From assembly GCA_976226885.1 (NCBI GenBank), contig OZ320315.1, positions 20,026,001-20,090,000 on the forward strand: DNA of 64,000 bases, given 5' to 3'. The DNA comes from Iphione sp. A-MEVVRFRX5 (taxonomy: Eukaryota). Positions 37,301 through 49,275 of this stretch are shown piece by piece. Each line of letters starts with the position of its first letter. The first letter of the stretch is position 1. The notes below the pieces were generated by a model. The model saw only the letters and a list, made by a program, of their open reading frames with translations. It was not told the DNA's origin and did no database searches. The position numbers were made by a program, and so were the translations under genes.

Positions 37301-37870
37301 TGACTTAACCTCTAGATCAGCCCATCAGGTTCGCTTGCAAAACATCACTTCCTTCAATCCCCAAAAGTCTCCATAATATTACATCAGAACTTTCCAGTAT
37401 AAGCTCGTTCACTCTGTCCTCATGCATAATCTTGCTGATGTCTAGATCTAGCCTGTCATGCTTCTTTTCCAAGTATTCTACCTTGGTTGACAGATTTGAC
37501 AGGCCCTCTATAACAGACATCATTATGTACCTGATAGTGTCAACCCGCTCATCTAGCTTATCTAGTACCCATTTATTATTGCACAGCAATTCTGTGAAAT
37601 CTCACCTCCCATGGGAGTAGGCTGGGGTTTCACTTACCTTTGGGATCATGGGGCTGGATAATATGAATAAAAGTACCTCTCACCTTGGACTGCCTTTAAG
37701 TCCTGAGTTTCCTTCTTCTCTGTGATCCAGGGCTACTTCTAGTTCCAAGTCTTAAGCTTATGTCCCATCAGAATGTGCCATGTTACTTCCTTCTGTGTGT
37801 AGACAAAATTACTTCTAATAGTTCAAATTTTGCATAGCAGTCCTCTAAGAGAAGGGAAGAACAAGGAGCC
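34309..37870 (-). mobile_element. Decayed CR1/L2-like LINE (ORF1 coiled coil ~37317-37589, EN, RT 35243-36295, 3' tail)
   Basis: VLAFDLKKAFD and LYADEIV motifs; AATAAA followed by (ATCTTGA)n tail at 34309-34340. Confidence 0.8.
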
Positions 37871-37892
37871 CAAATCTATGAGTTTCAGAGGG

Positions 37893-38365
37893 CTTTATTC
37901 AGAGCACATCAGTGGGATGATGCTCTCCTCCTCCTGACAGCACAAAATAGCATGGCAGATCTGTGGCAGACTAACCTTACTGTAGTTGGGTGTAGGACTT
38001 ATTAGCCAGACCAGAGCTTCTGCCTTGCAGTCCCAGGCAGGAGAGCCAGAGTCCATGTAGAGGATGAAGGGGAGGGCCCTGGTTGGCCCTGGCAGGCTGA
38101 GGAGGCTGGGAGCCTCACTGGCTGACTGGCTACCTGGAGAAGATTGAAGGCCTGAAGGCTTCTGGGTGCAGGAGAGCTTTGATCTGGTCTCGGCTGACAT
38201 CTTCAGGTGATCTCAGGAATGAGATGCCCTGTCCCTTGCTCCTCTCTTCCAATTAGCTGAGGGGAGGCCTGCTCTGATTGGCTGGCTTTGTTAAAGCCTG
38301 CTCTGATTGGCTCGCATAAGTAAGTTCCCCATGCCCGAAGCCAGGAGATCAAAGGGCTTTTTGGT
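37893..38365 (-). repeat. Diverged LTR-X-family fragment
   Basis: Shares CTTTATTCAGAGCACATC..CTCCTGACA, CAGGTGATCTCAGG, CCAAT boxes and GAGATCAAAGG with 27571-28389. Confidence 0.7.
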
Positions 38366-38434
38366 GGAGATTAATGAGGGCCATAAAAGTCACATTAACC
38401 AAAGGGTAGTAAAATTCTCATAAAGTTTTGACTA

Positions 38435-40833
38435 TAATGGAATAGAATAGAAAAGAATTTTATTCTGAAACATGGCCCTGGCAGGGCATTTTTACAGAAT
38501 TTTACAGAATTTTACAGAATGACTGGCTGGCTATTTTGCAGTTTTACATAAACATAAGGATGAATTGATACCAGCTGAAGATGTTAAAAGTCGTACATTG
38601 TTAGTGTGTGGATCTTGATGACATCTTTAAACACTTTACCTTTACCAATGCAGCAATACAATGCATCAAGATTATTCCAGTCTTTAACACCTTTGTAACA
38701 AACTGAATTTTTTACCTTATTCTTTTTTGGCTTTCTTAGGATAACCATAGGCCCTGCTGCATTTCTTGACTGAGTTTGTGGTCTTAACTGCAGTAGCCTG
38801 TTTGCTACCATTGAATTCACAACACATAATTGGAAAAAAGATCTTCATCTTGCTGTACTTTCAATATGATATAACAGGTGCAGTCGCTGGATAGATGATT
38901 CTGCTAGACCTCTTGCATTAGATTTAGCAATTATGCTCAGTGCATCATTTTGATGCAGTTTTGATAGCCTGATTTTTGAATTATTTTCTAGAAAAATTGT
39001 GCAGTAATCAAGATGAGGTCTAATAAAGGCACAATACATATTTAGCATGTCCTTCTCATTAAGGTGACTTCTTAACTTAAGAAGCACACCTACCTTTTGG
39101 ACTTGCTTTTTGACTGTTGCTTCCAATACTAGGTCAAATTTTAATTCACTGTCTAGTTTGATACCCAACTATCTATAGGAGGACACAAAATCAATCCTGT
39201 TATCATTTAAAGTAATACACTGCATAGTATCCACATGATCTTGTTGTGGCTTAATATGCCTGATATTTGTTTTAGTTGTATTTAATGGGATTAGATTTGC
39301 TCTACAGCATGTATTAAATTTTTGACAGGCATCTTGCAAATAAGTTTTTTTCATCCAGCGAGGTTACAACATCATTAATGAAGAGAGAGAATAAGAGGGG
39401 GCCCATAGTAGCACCCTAGGGGACCCCATGTTTATTGATCAGTAGTTTAGATTCTAAACCATTTACTTCACATTTCTGCCATCTGTCACTTAGATAGTCT
39501 AAAAATAGTTTTACACTACCTATTGAGAAATTCAATAAATATTTTTGTATTTGGCATCATTTTATGCATTCATAATATGGTTCAGTCTAAAGGAGATGGC
39601 CTCACGTGTTCCTCTATTTTTTCTGAACCCAAACTTATTAGTTGTCAATAAGTGGTTATTTTCTAAGTGATCATACAGTTGTTGAAACAGAAACCTTTGC
39701 AATATCTTGCATGGCAGTTGTAATATGGATTTTAGTCCGTAGTTGTCAACTTGATTTTTGTTACCAGATTTAAAAATGGGAACTACTCTTGCCATCTTCC
39801 ATTTACTAGGAATTTTGGCACAATCAATTATCAGATTTAGCAAGTGACAGAATTTTTTACTATTTAGACTAATATCATTCAGTTTTTTCTTTAAAAATTA
39901 GCTTCATGTACCTGTACTAGTCTTCTCACTTGATTTTTAAGGTGTTTGGCTATTCTGGTAGTATCCTCGTCACATCTTTCCTTAGCCTTTTTTAGAAAAT
40001 AATTTTTTTAGTCTGATCATTTTTAGCAAGCCAGTTTTGATCCATGAATTGTTCCCTGGAGGAGTTATGTTTTTCATGATAATAGGGCATTCACTATCTA
40101 GAATTCCATTGTAAGTATCATGTAGTATTTCCCATGAAATATTGGGGTCTTTGGAATCATAGTAGTTATACCAGTTGATATTCTCAAGTTTGCTTTTGAT
40201 ATTCTGTTTCACCTTGTCATCAACCCTCCTAAAATTGATTTCTACCTTCTGAGGCACAGTTAGATTTTTACACATCTTCTTTACTACAAAGGTCATACTG
40301 TGGTCAGAGATACAACTATCTAACACACGGCTATGTTGTATGAACCCACAGTTAGTTGCTATAAGATCAATGGCTGTGCTGCTATGTTGAGTCATTCTGG
40401 TGGCGTTCTTAATGTAATTCTTCAGCCCCAACAGATTTAAGGCAGTAATCATTTTAATAGTAGCTGGATCTTTGGATTTAAATAAATTAATGTTGATATC
40501 CCCAAGAAGATATACTTCTTTTCTTTGATTGATTGTTTTAGTTGCAGTTTCAATGTTACTGATAAAAAATGTTACTGAACTGGCTGATGGATGGTAGATT
40601 TTGTTAAGAACTAGTGATTTCATTTTTCCAGGCTTAATATGTAATACCTGCATTTCAAGATCATTTGTGATTTGATTTAGATTCTTGAAATTATCTATTA
40701 CTTCATAATCCTCCTGGATATATGTAATTAAACCTCCGCCAGATTTGCTTAAAGCTCTTGCCCTATCCAGTCTAAGGTGGTTGTAGTTTAGTATCTTAAC
40801 CAGATGACCTTTTTCACAGATGTATACTGCCAT
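38435..40833 (-). mobile_element. Decayed CR1/L2-like LINE (EN 39982-40833, RT 38584-39843, 3' tail)
   Basis: DR..SGGGLITYI, LLGDININL, IDLI, ISDHS; WKMARVVPIFKSG, RPHLDYC, WNNL; AATAAA plus (TTCTA)n tail at 38435-38464. Confidence 0.85.
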
Positions 40834-42302
40834 CTATTATGCAGATATACTTTCATTAATGGAATTCTTGTGTTGGCCCCTATTTCATATAGTTTGTTAA
40901 GGATAACTTGGTGGTTGACAGAATCAAAGGCTTTTTGAAAATCAACAAAGCCACCTGCAACCTTATAATTTTCATTAAGTGAATCATGGATGTAGCAAAC
41001 GACAGCATGTACAGCAGAGTCAGTACCATTACCGCTGCGAAACCCATACTGTGAGTCACAGATTAACTTGTTGTCCTCCAAGTATGTCATTAATCTCACA
41101 TAAATTATTTTTTCAAAAATCTTCGCTGGAAACGGCAACTGACTTATTGGACGATAATTATTGATATCTGTTCTGAGTCCTGATTTATGTAAAGGTGTTA
41201 TCTTTGCAGTGGTCCAATCTGATGGTAATCTTTTTTCTTCGAATATCTTATTCATAAGGTCCGTCATTTCAAATAAACAGGTTAGATATGCCTCCTTTAA
41301 TAAATATATGTGAATTTCACAGATCAAACTAGCCTTATTCGTTGACAAAAATAACATATCCTCCTTTACTTCCAAATCACGTATTGCAGGCCATTGCAGT
41401 CTTGACATTGTTAAGCGATTATGCGCTGATTGATACTCAACATATGAGAGTTGTTGTGCTACTCTGCTGCCTATTTCACAGAAGAATTTATTGAATTCAT
41501 TTGACGCTTTCTCTGGATCCAATCAAGTGCCATTAATTCCATTTTCAATGCTCCTACGTCCATTTTTGAGAAATCCCTGTAAGAGATCTTTGCATATGAT
41601 ATTTAATTTTCTGCATAGCCGGTAAAACAATTTCAATCATGTTGTGATCACTTAGTGAACTCTCTAATACTCTAGAGAAAATCCGCAGCTTTTTACTAAC
41701 AATACATAAATCAATTATAGTTCTGGTATTCACAGTCTCCATTGTAGTATCGTTAATCATTTGCAAATAGTCATTTACCATACAAAATTCTTTTAAAGCA
41801 ACCTTAACGGCTGAAGGCTTATTCCAGTTTATGTTCATATAACCAACGTAGATTTGTGTACTTCCTGGACATAGTGTTAATACCGCATCAGTAGTCTGCT
41901 GTAAAACTGATATAAATTTATCTACTTTCCCTTTAGGTGGATGATATACACCAATAATACATAGATTCCAACTGTCTTAGAATGTATCTTTTATACAATG
42001 AGTTCAATGTCATCTGTACTATGAGCATATTCAGATAAAATTGTTACGTCTTGCATTAAACCCAGCTTTATATATATTAATATACACCCTCCCTTAGAAC
42101 ATTCCCTATCTTGTCTTACAATAACATATCCACTTATACTCAAAATACTATTAGGTATAGCAGTACTTAACCAGGATTCTATCAGAATAAGTATATCGGG
42201 TTGTGATGTACACAGCAAGGTTTCAATATCAAGAATCTTAACTCTCACACCGCGAATGTTCAAGTGATAAACCAGCATACCGGTCTTGCATGACTCCATC
42301 AT
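40788..42302 (-). mobile_element. Another decayed CR1/L2-like LINE fragment (EN 41554-42302, RT N-terminal part 40788-41522)
   Basis: HLNIRG, LIESWL, RQDRECSKGGCILIY, LSDHN; AKITPLHKSG..NYRPISQL..FVDFQKAFDSVNH. Confidence 0.85.
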
Positions 42303-42354
42303 CTCATTATTGCAAACATGGATTTTGGGCTTTCACACTCTGTGAATACTGTAG

Positions 42355-42760
42355 AATAGGATAAGTCGTGGTGCCAAGATCCGATGTAGTGTGCTCGGTA
42401 ACCCTTGTACTGGTAGTAAGTATACAAAGTCGTGGTGCCAAGGTTTGGTAAGATGTACTCAGTGACCTCAGTATTGCAGTTGAATAGGATAATGTAGAAT
42501 AGGATAAGTCGTGGTGCCAAGATCCGATGTAGTGTGCTCGGTAACCCTTGTACTGGTAGTAAGTATACAAAGTCGTGGTGCCAAGGTTTGGTAAGATGTA
42601 CTCAATGACCTCAGCATTGCAGTGGAATAGGATAAGTCGTGGTGCCATGGCCAGATGTAGTGTACTTGGTAACCCTGGTACTGGTAATAAGTATACAAAG
42701 TCTAGGTGCCACGGTTTGGTAAGATGTACTCAATGATCTCAGCATTGCAGTTGAATAGGC
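42355..42760. repeat. Tandem repeat, 3 units of 128-143 bp, each with two GTCGTGGTGCCAAG-like subrepeats
   Basis: Unit starts at 42365, 42508 and 42636. Confidence 0.85.
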
Positions 42761-42763
42761 TGT

Positions 42764-43620
42764 GTGTCATGTAACACACGGAAATTGAAGAGGCAATTGA
42801 GACCTCTTCAGGTGATGGAAAGCATTACATTTCCATTTCAAAAGTTGGCAGTTGATACGTGTGGACCGTACCAGCAATCCAAAGCCGGGTACGTGTATCT
42901 CCTGACCCTTATCAATGTCTATTCCGGGTGGCCTGAGATGTTCCCCATGAAAACCAAGCAGGCCCAGACATTCGTGACAATTTTCTTGAACGAGGTGATA
43001 CCTCATCATGGATGTCCCATAGTGCTGTTATCCGACAATCGGACCGAATTCGTGAATGAGGTAATGAAGGAAATTTGTCGAAAGTTCGTTGTTGCTCGCA
43101 TCACCACTAGCCCGTACCACCCAGCTTGGAACAGTAAGGTTGAGCGGATGCACCGGGTATGGAATGACATCATAGCGAAATTGACTGGAGGGGATATGGC
43201 ACATTCAGAAAGGGCTATACCATCTGCTTTGTTGGCTCTACGGATGAGCACTAATGAGTCAACTAAGCACACACCCTTTTACCTCCTTCATGCCAGGGAC
43301 CCTATATTGCCACTGGGCATGTTGCTTCAACCCCAAGTAAGATATTACAGGGAGTAGCATCATCAAATAGTCCTACAACGCCATCATCAGACTATGACTG
43401 TGGTCCGACGGAATGTCGCTGTGGGGCGACAGCGCATGAAAAAATATCATGACCAATGGGCCACAGATGTGTCCTTTGAAGTGGGAGACCCTGTGTATGT
43501 ACAGAACCCCATTCGGCGTCATAAGGCCGATATTAGGTGGCAACCTTAAGGATGCATAGTAGAAAAGATCCCCGTCAATTTCGTTGCGAAGGATCAGGTA
43601 ACGGGGAAATTGGCGAAGGT
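42764..43620 (+). pseudogene. pol: G3 integrase
   Basis: CxxC, KLAVDTCGP, LLSDNRTEF, TSPYHPAWNSKVERMHR, TKHTPFYLLHARDP; stops after 43357. Confidence 0.85.
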
Positions 43621-44474
43621 CCATAGTGATCGCTTGCAGATGGCAAACCTTGACTTGAGGGTGCCAAAGCAGGGCGAAGCAAGATTGCGCCGGTGTGTTG
43701 CTTTAGCCGGAGATGGGACGTCTTCCGATTCGGATGGAGGGCCGTCCTCATCATTGGATGATTCAGATGGGTTCTCTTCCGAGGACGAAATCCCTTTGGC
43801 CCAGTTGTATGGAAGAGAACGGAGGCAGGAAGTGCCTGACCTGCAGAATGACCCTGATCTTTGGAAGGAAGAGGGACGGGTTGGGGTGGAGGGCCCTGTT
43901 GCTGAAAACATTAATCCACTGGATCAGGTGCACCGACCCGGGTGAATGGAACCCGATCCAGCGGCTGAGGATTGTGGTGAGGGGTTAGGTGTGCTATGCA
44001 ACCTGCTGGTCGCCTGTGCAGAACGGCAGCACGTGGCTTGAAAGCAGGCCGTCACTCCAGGCAACCCACCGGAAGCCCCACCTATGGAGGCAGAAAATAG
44101 GGAGGAAGGTGCAATGGGAGGTAGGGATCCAACCCCGCCCCGGGCACCCGAGACCGATGGTCAACCAAATGTAGGGGAAAAAGACAAAGTGAGACCACAT
44201 AGATATCGTACCCGAGCAGTGGTCAAGCGAGAGCAGACCCTGCCTACAGAACTGCCACCTATGCAAAAGCGACTCCGTCAGTTTTGGACGCGAGGGCCTT
44301 GGTTTAAACAAGATCGAGGGGAAACTAGTGAGCAATGTGTTGAGCAATGAAAATTAAACAGATGGAGCTAATGACTCAAGAACCAGCTGAGCATTTAACA
44401 AAAGCCCTAACTACTTTGCATACTGTGACTACTATTTTGCGTGGCCTTGCAATGACGGAGAATAGTGTGCCTGA

Positions 44475-45350
44475 AAGCTAATCGATGCCCTTTTCTCTGT
44501 TGCATGCTGCCTATGGGTCCTTACGGGGCTAGTCCTCATGCATCTGGTTACCAGTGGAACCCTTGAAAACATTATCTTCAAGAGGCCACTGGATGTGAGG
44601 TCCATCATGTCGTCCTGTTGACTGGACCTGATTTCCGAATATGACCGTTATAAACACATGGGATATGAGCTGTCACAGGAGCTGAACCGTACACGGTACG
44701 GACTGCTAGGGACCACGTACAGTATCATACCCCCGTGGCAGATCTACAGCAATCGACCCCATGCAGAACCGGTGGCCCGCATAATTATGAGATCACAGTT
44801 GGACAGGGCAGAGATTTTGCAGGCACAAATCCAACAGGGAATTGCCGGATTGGACAACATCGCCAAGTTAGGGACTGAGGAACACGCGCATTGCTTCCAT
44901 GAGGAGCAAAACGATCGCATGAATATATTTGAGCATAACAATTGCACCCATTCCAAACGAAGCCCAGAGATATAATTAGCCCCTGTGGGAGGTGTGGTGC
45001 TAGTGGCAGGAATGGCAACAGGCTTTGGGATCATAGGTAATGAAATTCACGTGATCAAGCAGAGAGTGTATCAGCTAGAACGTCAGCAGCTGAAGACTCT
45101 CACTATCATGAAGGATATGATGACAGTGATAAATCAGGCGAGGGTTGATGCCAAAAGGAACCATTAGCACATTAATGATGTGCTGAAGATATTGAAGGTG
45201 GTTGATATTGATTTGTGGGAGGCTGTGCATGTTATGAGCAACCTCAACACTTGGGAAATCCAGCGAGGCGCTTGTTTCACACGCTGAAACTGCGCACCAA
45301 CAAGATTGAATTAATGCTCAAGCGTGATCCTGGACATGAGGCATTAGTGA
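44475..45350 (+). pseudogene. env: G3 env N-terminal half (signal peptide, cleavage site, fusion peptide, HR1)
   Basis: One frame reads VACCLWVLTGLVLMHLVTSG..ENIIFKR..HSKR|SPEI*LAPVGGVVLVAGMATGFGII..IKQRVYQLERQQL; in-frame stops. Confidence 0.7.
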
Positions 45351-46064
45351 CATCAAGAGTGTAAAAGGCTTAATGACCTATTGTATACTTGACACTTAAC
45401 GAATGACAGGATATGTTCCTTTTGGTATAAGAGGTTGGCGGTCTGCGGTGTTTGGTCGGACTCGCCCGGTTGCTGAAGAAACGCTGACTCGCTGTATCAT
45501 TCTGATGCTGAAGAAGAATAAAGGCTGACTCGAACCTGACTCGTGGTGTTTGCATTTGTGCTACAATTGTCTGCCCTCAGAGTGAAATAAATATTCTGTC
45601 ATCATTGTTGTTATTAGATGGCACATAATAAGTGTAGACCAGGTTCATGTTAGAATACTCTACATCAATAGATGACTATAAATTCATTTCTTATGTGGAA
45701 TGTTTGTTTTACTTTACAGGCATTGCCCAAACACACTCAGACAATAGAATGAGTTCATCTAAGATATGATGTCTTTATTTCTGTGTCAGTTTCTAAGGTC
45801 ACCACATGGATGTATTTACCAGCTGCACACAAGCTAGTCGCAAAATAAGACAAAAGTTTTTAATGGGGTCACCCCGAACAAGAGATGTATAACACTACAA
45901 TACAGTATATTTTTATTGTCTCAAAAACATCTACATCAAGAGATCTTCAGAATGGGACATTTATACATCAAGATCATGTCCATGCAGGCCTGGTTTTCAT
46001 ATTAAAGTGCATTCATCATTGTAATGTGTCTCAAGGAGGTTTATTCATTTTTACTTTTCCTTAC

Positions 46065-46778
46065 TGTAAACTAATGTTTGTTGTATTTCCCACTTGGAAT
46101 AAAACCAGCTATGGTCTGCTTCAAAACTGTCTTAGTGTTGCTGCCTTTGTGTCACTAGCTGCTATAGATGCTCAACCCTTAAGGTAATCCAAGTGGGTTA
46201 GGTCCCTTGAGCTTCACAGAAGAATAAGATCCACAAGTGAGTCCAATTCCAAACTGATTTTATTGGCCACACAGGGCTCATATTTATACTCATACTCAGG
46301 GTCATGTGACTGGTTCAACAAGAAACATAATAACAATCCCTGGAAGGGAAATGCTACAGTGCTCCCTTAAGGCTTCTAAAAATAGCCCAGATCAGATACA
46401 TTATATCTACCATGTGCTAGCAGGCTAAAAATAGAATGCTCCTAGCCAATGAGATCCTAGAAATTTTTAACATCTGGGTTTGGGTAACCCCAAGCTAGTT
46501 TGGGTGTCCCCAAACGGCACAGCAGGACCCCAGTCCAGGGGCCAGAGAGTACAGCTAACTTTGTAAGACATTTGGGTATCCCCAAACGACACAGCAGGTC
46601 CCCAGTACAGGGGCCAGAGAGTACAGCTAACTTTACAAGACATTTGGGTATCCCCAAACGACACAGCAGGTCCCCAGTACAGGGGCCAGAGAGTACAGCT
46701 AACTTTACAAGACATTTGGGTGTCCCCAAACGGCGCAGTAGGTCCCCAGTACAGGGGCCAGAGAGTACACTAACCACA
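46065..46778 (-). repeat. G4 3' LTR
   Basis: TGTGGTTAG...GTTTACA on minus; CCAAT ~46446; TATAAA 46288-46283; AATAAA 46264-46259. Confidence 0.97.
46499..46769. repeat. 72-bp tandem repeat (~3.7 units) in G4 U3; same at 56848-57118
   Basis: Unit starts 46499, 46571, 46643, 46715; each begins TTTGGG-N4-CCCAAA. Confidence 0.95.
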
Positions 46779-46790
46779 CTCTCCCCACCT
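46779..46790 (-). promoter_or_regulatory. G4 polypurine tract
   Basis: AGGTGGGGAGAG immediately 5' of the 3' LTR. Confidence 0.85.
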
Positions 46791-47126
46791 TAATCCCCCC
46801 TACTGGGGGAGATACGAGCACAACGTCCATCCCAGGGGGGTAGGCGACACTACCACCCTGAGAGGTCCCTACTTGCAATATGCGACACCGGGTATTTCCA
46901 CTAGTCACCAAAACATCTTGAGTACACATTTCTAAGACTTATGCAGGTAATTCCCAAATAGCCGTCTCATCACAGTAACACAAGTACATCTGGTAATGTT
47001 TCTTTTTGTGGGATACAGTTCCCTTCACTTGTCTTGAGAACATCTTAAGTAACATCCTTAACACTTACTCAGTTAATTGCCGGGTACACATCTTTAACAC
47101 TCTTTTACAATATCAGAGAGGACACC

Positions 47127-47538
47127 TGTAACAGATCATTACTTGATTATGCGTGGAGCTTCATTAATGACAATAACAGTAAGTATCACAAGAGCAACAA
47201 TCTTTTTGGGGGAATACAGTTCCCTTCATCTTTTAACCATCAACAGCTGGAATACACGGATTGTCAACAATTCTCCTACTTATTCAGGGCAATTGATCAA
47301 AACACTTTATCATCTTACCATCGGAGATATTGTAACAGATCATTACTTGATTATGCGTGGAGCTTAATTAATGACAATAACAGTAAGTATCACAGGAGCA
47401 ACAATCTTTTTTGGGGGAATACAGTTCCCTTCATCTTTTAACCATTAACAGCTGGAATACACGGATTGTCAACAATTCTCCTACTTATTCAGGGCAATTG
47501 ATCAAAACACTCTATCATCTTACCATCGGGGATATTAT
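47127..47538. repeat. 204-bp tandem duplication in the G4 3' UTR, with partial flanking copies (~47000-47030, ~47570-47650)
   Basis: TGTAACAGATCATT starts at 47127 and 47331. Confidence 0.9.
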
Positions 47539-47658
47539 ATAACAAAGGTAAATACCACATTAGGCTCACATTTTTTTTCTGGGGATACAGTTCCCCTCAT
47601 CTTCTAACCATTAACAGCTGGGATATACAACAACCCTCTTAATTGATCAGATATGTCC

Positions 47659-49275
47659 CTAGATCACCATGGCTCGCGCCTTCTTTCCCTTTACCCCTAC
47701 CTTGCCCTTCGAACTCCTCTTTCCCGTCTGACTGGGAACCAGTTCTGCTCCGATGGTGGGTGTCCACACACTACTCGCCCCCAAACAAACTTGGCGGGGA
47801 GAAGTCCCTATGCAGATGTCATGGAGGGTGGGGGTATGCTGGTGTTGCCAGGCCCGGACCGCTTCCGCCTCCTTGGCCCAGGCTTCGGGGTTGAGGCGGG
47901 GCTGGTCCGAGTCCCATGCTGGGCCGGGCTGCAGGTCCTTTATCAGTTCCTCTGCCCCCTCCACGGCTCGGTTACTTTTTTCAGTGATTGTCTCCCGGTT
48001 TCCCCACTCCCCCTGCCGAGGGAGGGCGAGACCCGGCAGTAGGAGCGCGGGCCGCTGTCGTAGGGGCCCCAGGAGGTCTTCAGGTAGCTCCCCTTCATCC
48101 TCCACCATGTGGAGGACCCAGGCCAGGGAGGAACAAGCGATGAAACGTTGTTCGGGTCGCATCTGTTGCCACCGGGGGGGCGGCCAGGTAATCTTCTCGG
48201 GTAGGCGGACGGCGGCTGGCGCCGATGGATGTCGCATCGTGGCTTTAAGATGGGGCATCAGCCCATCCAAGTAGGCCCGTACCCGGTCGGCGGTGGGAGC
48301 CACTCGGTCCGGAGGGAGTAGGCGACACACCAACCGCGACAGTCGTCCTTCGGGAAGAGGCGGGGGGGGCACCGGGGTAGGCCCGGCTAGCAGTGGGTCT
48401 CCAGGCGCTCCCCCTCCAGCCGTGCTTCGCTCCTCGTCAGCCGCCATCTCCTCCGCGTCCTGAAGCATTCGAGCGGCCACAGAGGCAGCCTCTGAGGTGT
48501 CCCAGGATACGGTGTCTAGGTAGGGTGTGAGGGGCGGGTTCCCCCAGGAGACAGCCCCACTGTCATCGTCGCTGTCGTCGTCCGGCGCCGTGGTCATCAC
48601 CGGCTCCAGTGCCGGCGTTTGGGATGGTCCGGGGCCCCCCTCACTTGCCCAAGAGGGACCAGGCGTGGGGTCATGTGGGACCTGTTCGCCCTCTATCCCC
48701 TGTGCAGCGATCCCCTCCCGTGGAGTTGCCTCGGGCACCTCGGCCCCCGTGTGAGGGGCTGTGGGTCCCCCCAGTGAGGTCGGGAGGTTCTCCAGGCTGG
48801 TGATGTGACACATTGGAATGGCTGCCCGAGGGTGTGTGGCCAGCATACTCTCAACCTGCCCGCGGTCTAGTATACGTCCCTGTAGGCGGGCAGCCCGAGC
48901 CCGGACAATCGTTTGGGACACCCCATCCCTGGGTACCTCGATGTCTCCGTCAGGGGTCTCCTTGTACAACAGTCTGTAGGGTCGGTCTAAGAGCCCTAGT
49001 CCCTCCACCCAGGGATGGTGTTTGCGGACGTGTGCCAGCCAGGCATACATATCTTTGATTCGGCTAGGGCAATAAACACAGAGCCACCTGTGTTGACGTT
49101 TGCCCTGATGGTAATCCCTCAGGTGCCTCTCTAGGGACTCCCCCCCGCAGAAAAAACGTTTTTTAGGTGTGCATAATTCACAAAGGATAGCCCCCTCCGG
49201 GAGACACATGCCCTTCTTCAGGATGCGGGGCCGCTTAGGGGGGGAAGGGTTTACACCTGTCCCGTCTTGGGCCAT
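47659..49275 (-). CDS. G4 accessory ORF: 538-aa protein with two C2H2 zinc fingers, NLS and acidic/Pro-rich region
   Basis: C32-x2-C35..F42-x5-L48-x2-H51-x4-H56 and canonical C66-x2-C69-x12-H82-x3-H86; PPKRPRILKK; DDDSDDDS; gacATGG context; uninterrupted frame. Confidence 0.8.
   Translation of the reverse strand: MAQDGTGVNPSPPKRPRILKKGMCLPEGAILCELCTPKKRFFCGGESLERHLRDYHQGKRQHRWLCVYCPSRIKDMYAWLAHVRKHHPWVEGLGLLDRPYRLLYKETPDGDIEVPRDGVSQTIVRARAARLQGRILDRGQVESMLATHPRAAIPMCHITSLENLPTSLGGPTAPHTGAEVPEATPREGIAAQGIEGEQVPHDPTPGPSWASEGGPGPSQTPALEPVMTTAPDDDSDDDSGAVSWGNPPLTPYLDTVSWDTSEAASVAARMLQDAEEMAADEERSTAGGGAPGDPLLAGPTPVPPPPLPEGRLSRLVCRLLPPDRVAPTADRVRAYLDGLMPHLKATMRHPSAPAAVRLPEKITWPPPRWQQMRPEQRFIACSSLAWVLHMVEDEGELPEDLLGPLRQRPALLLPGLALPRQGEWGNRETITEKSNRAVEGAEELIKDLQPGPAWDSDQPRLNPEAWAKEAEAVRAWQHQHTPTLHDICIGTSPRQVCLGASSVWTPTIGAELVPSQTGKRSSKGKVGVKGKKARAMVI

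Larger units (their letters stand above)
42761..45350 (+). mobile_element. Ty3/Gypsy fragment G3 (integrase plus N-terminal half of env), truncated at both ends
   Basis: INT core followed by an env-like frame; no LTRs seen. Confidence 0.8.

Noticed and set aside
37901-37926. CAGTGG-containing hairpin resembling an iron-responsive element
   Set aside because: The 5-bp upper stem and bulged-C geometry do not fit, and other copies lack CAGTG.
42355-42760. Repeat-spacer look (also the 72-bp LTR array and the 16-bp motif array) suggestive of CRISPR
   Set aside because: Intervening sequences are themselves repeated or irregular, no cas genes, eukaryotic TE context.
46457-46793. Repetitive ORFs in both G4 LTRs (also 56806-57175)
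   Set aside because: Translations of the 72-bp U3 repeats.
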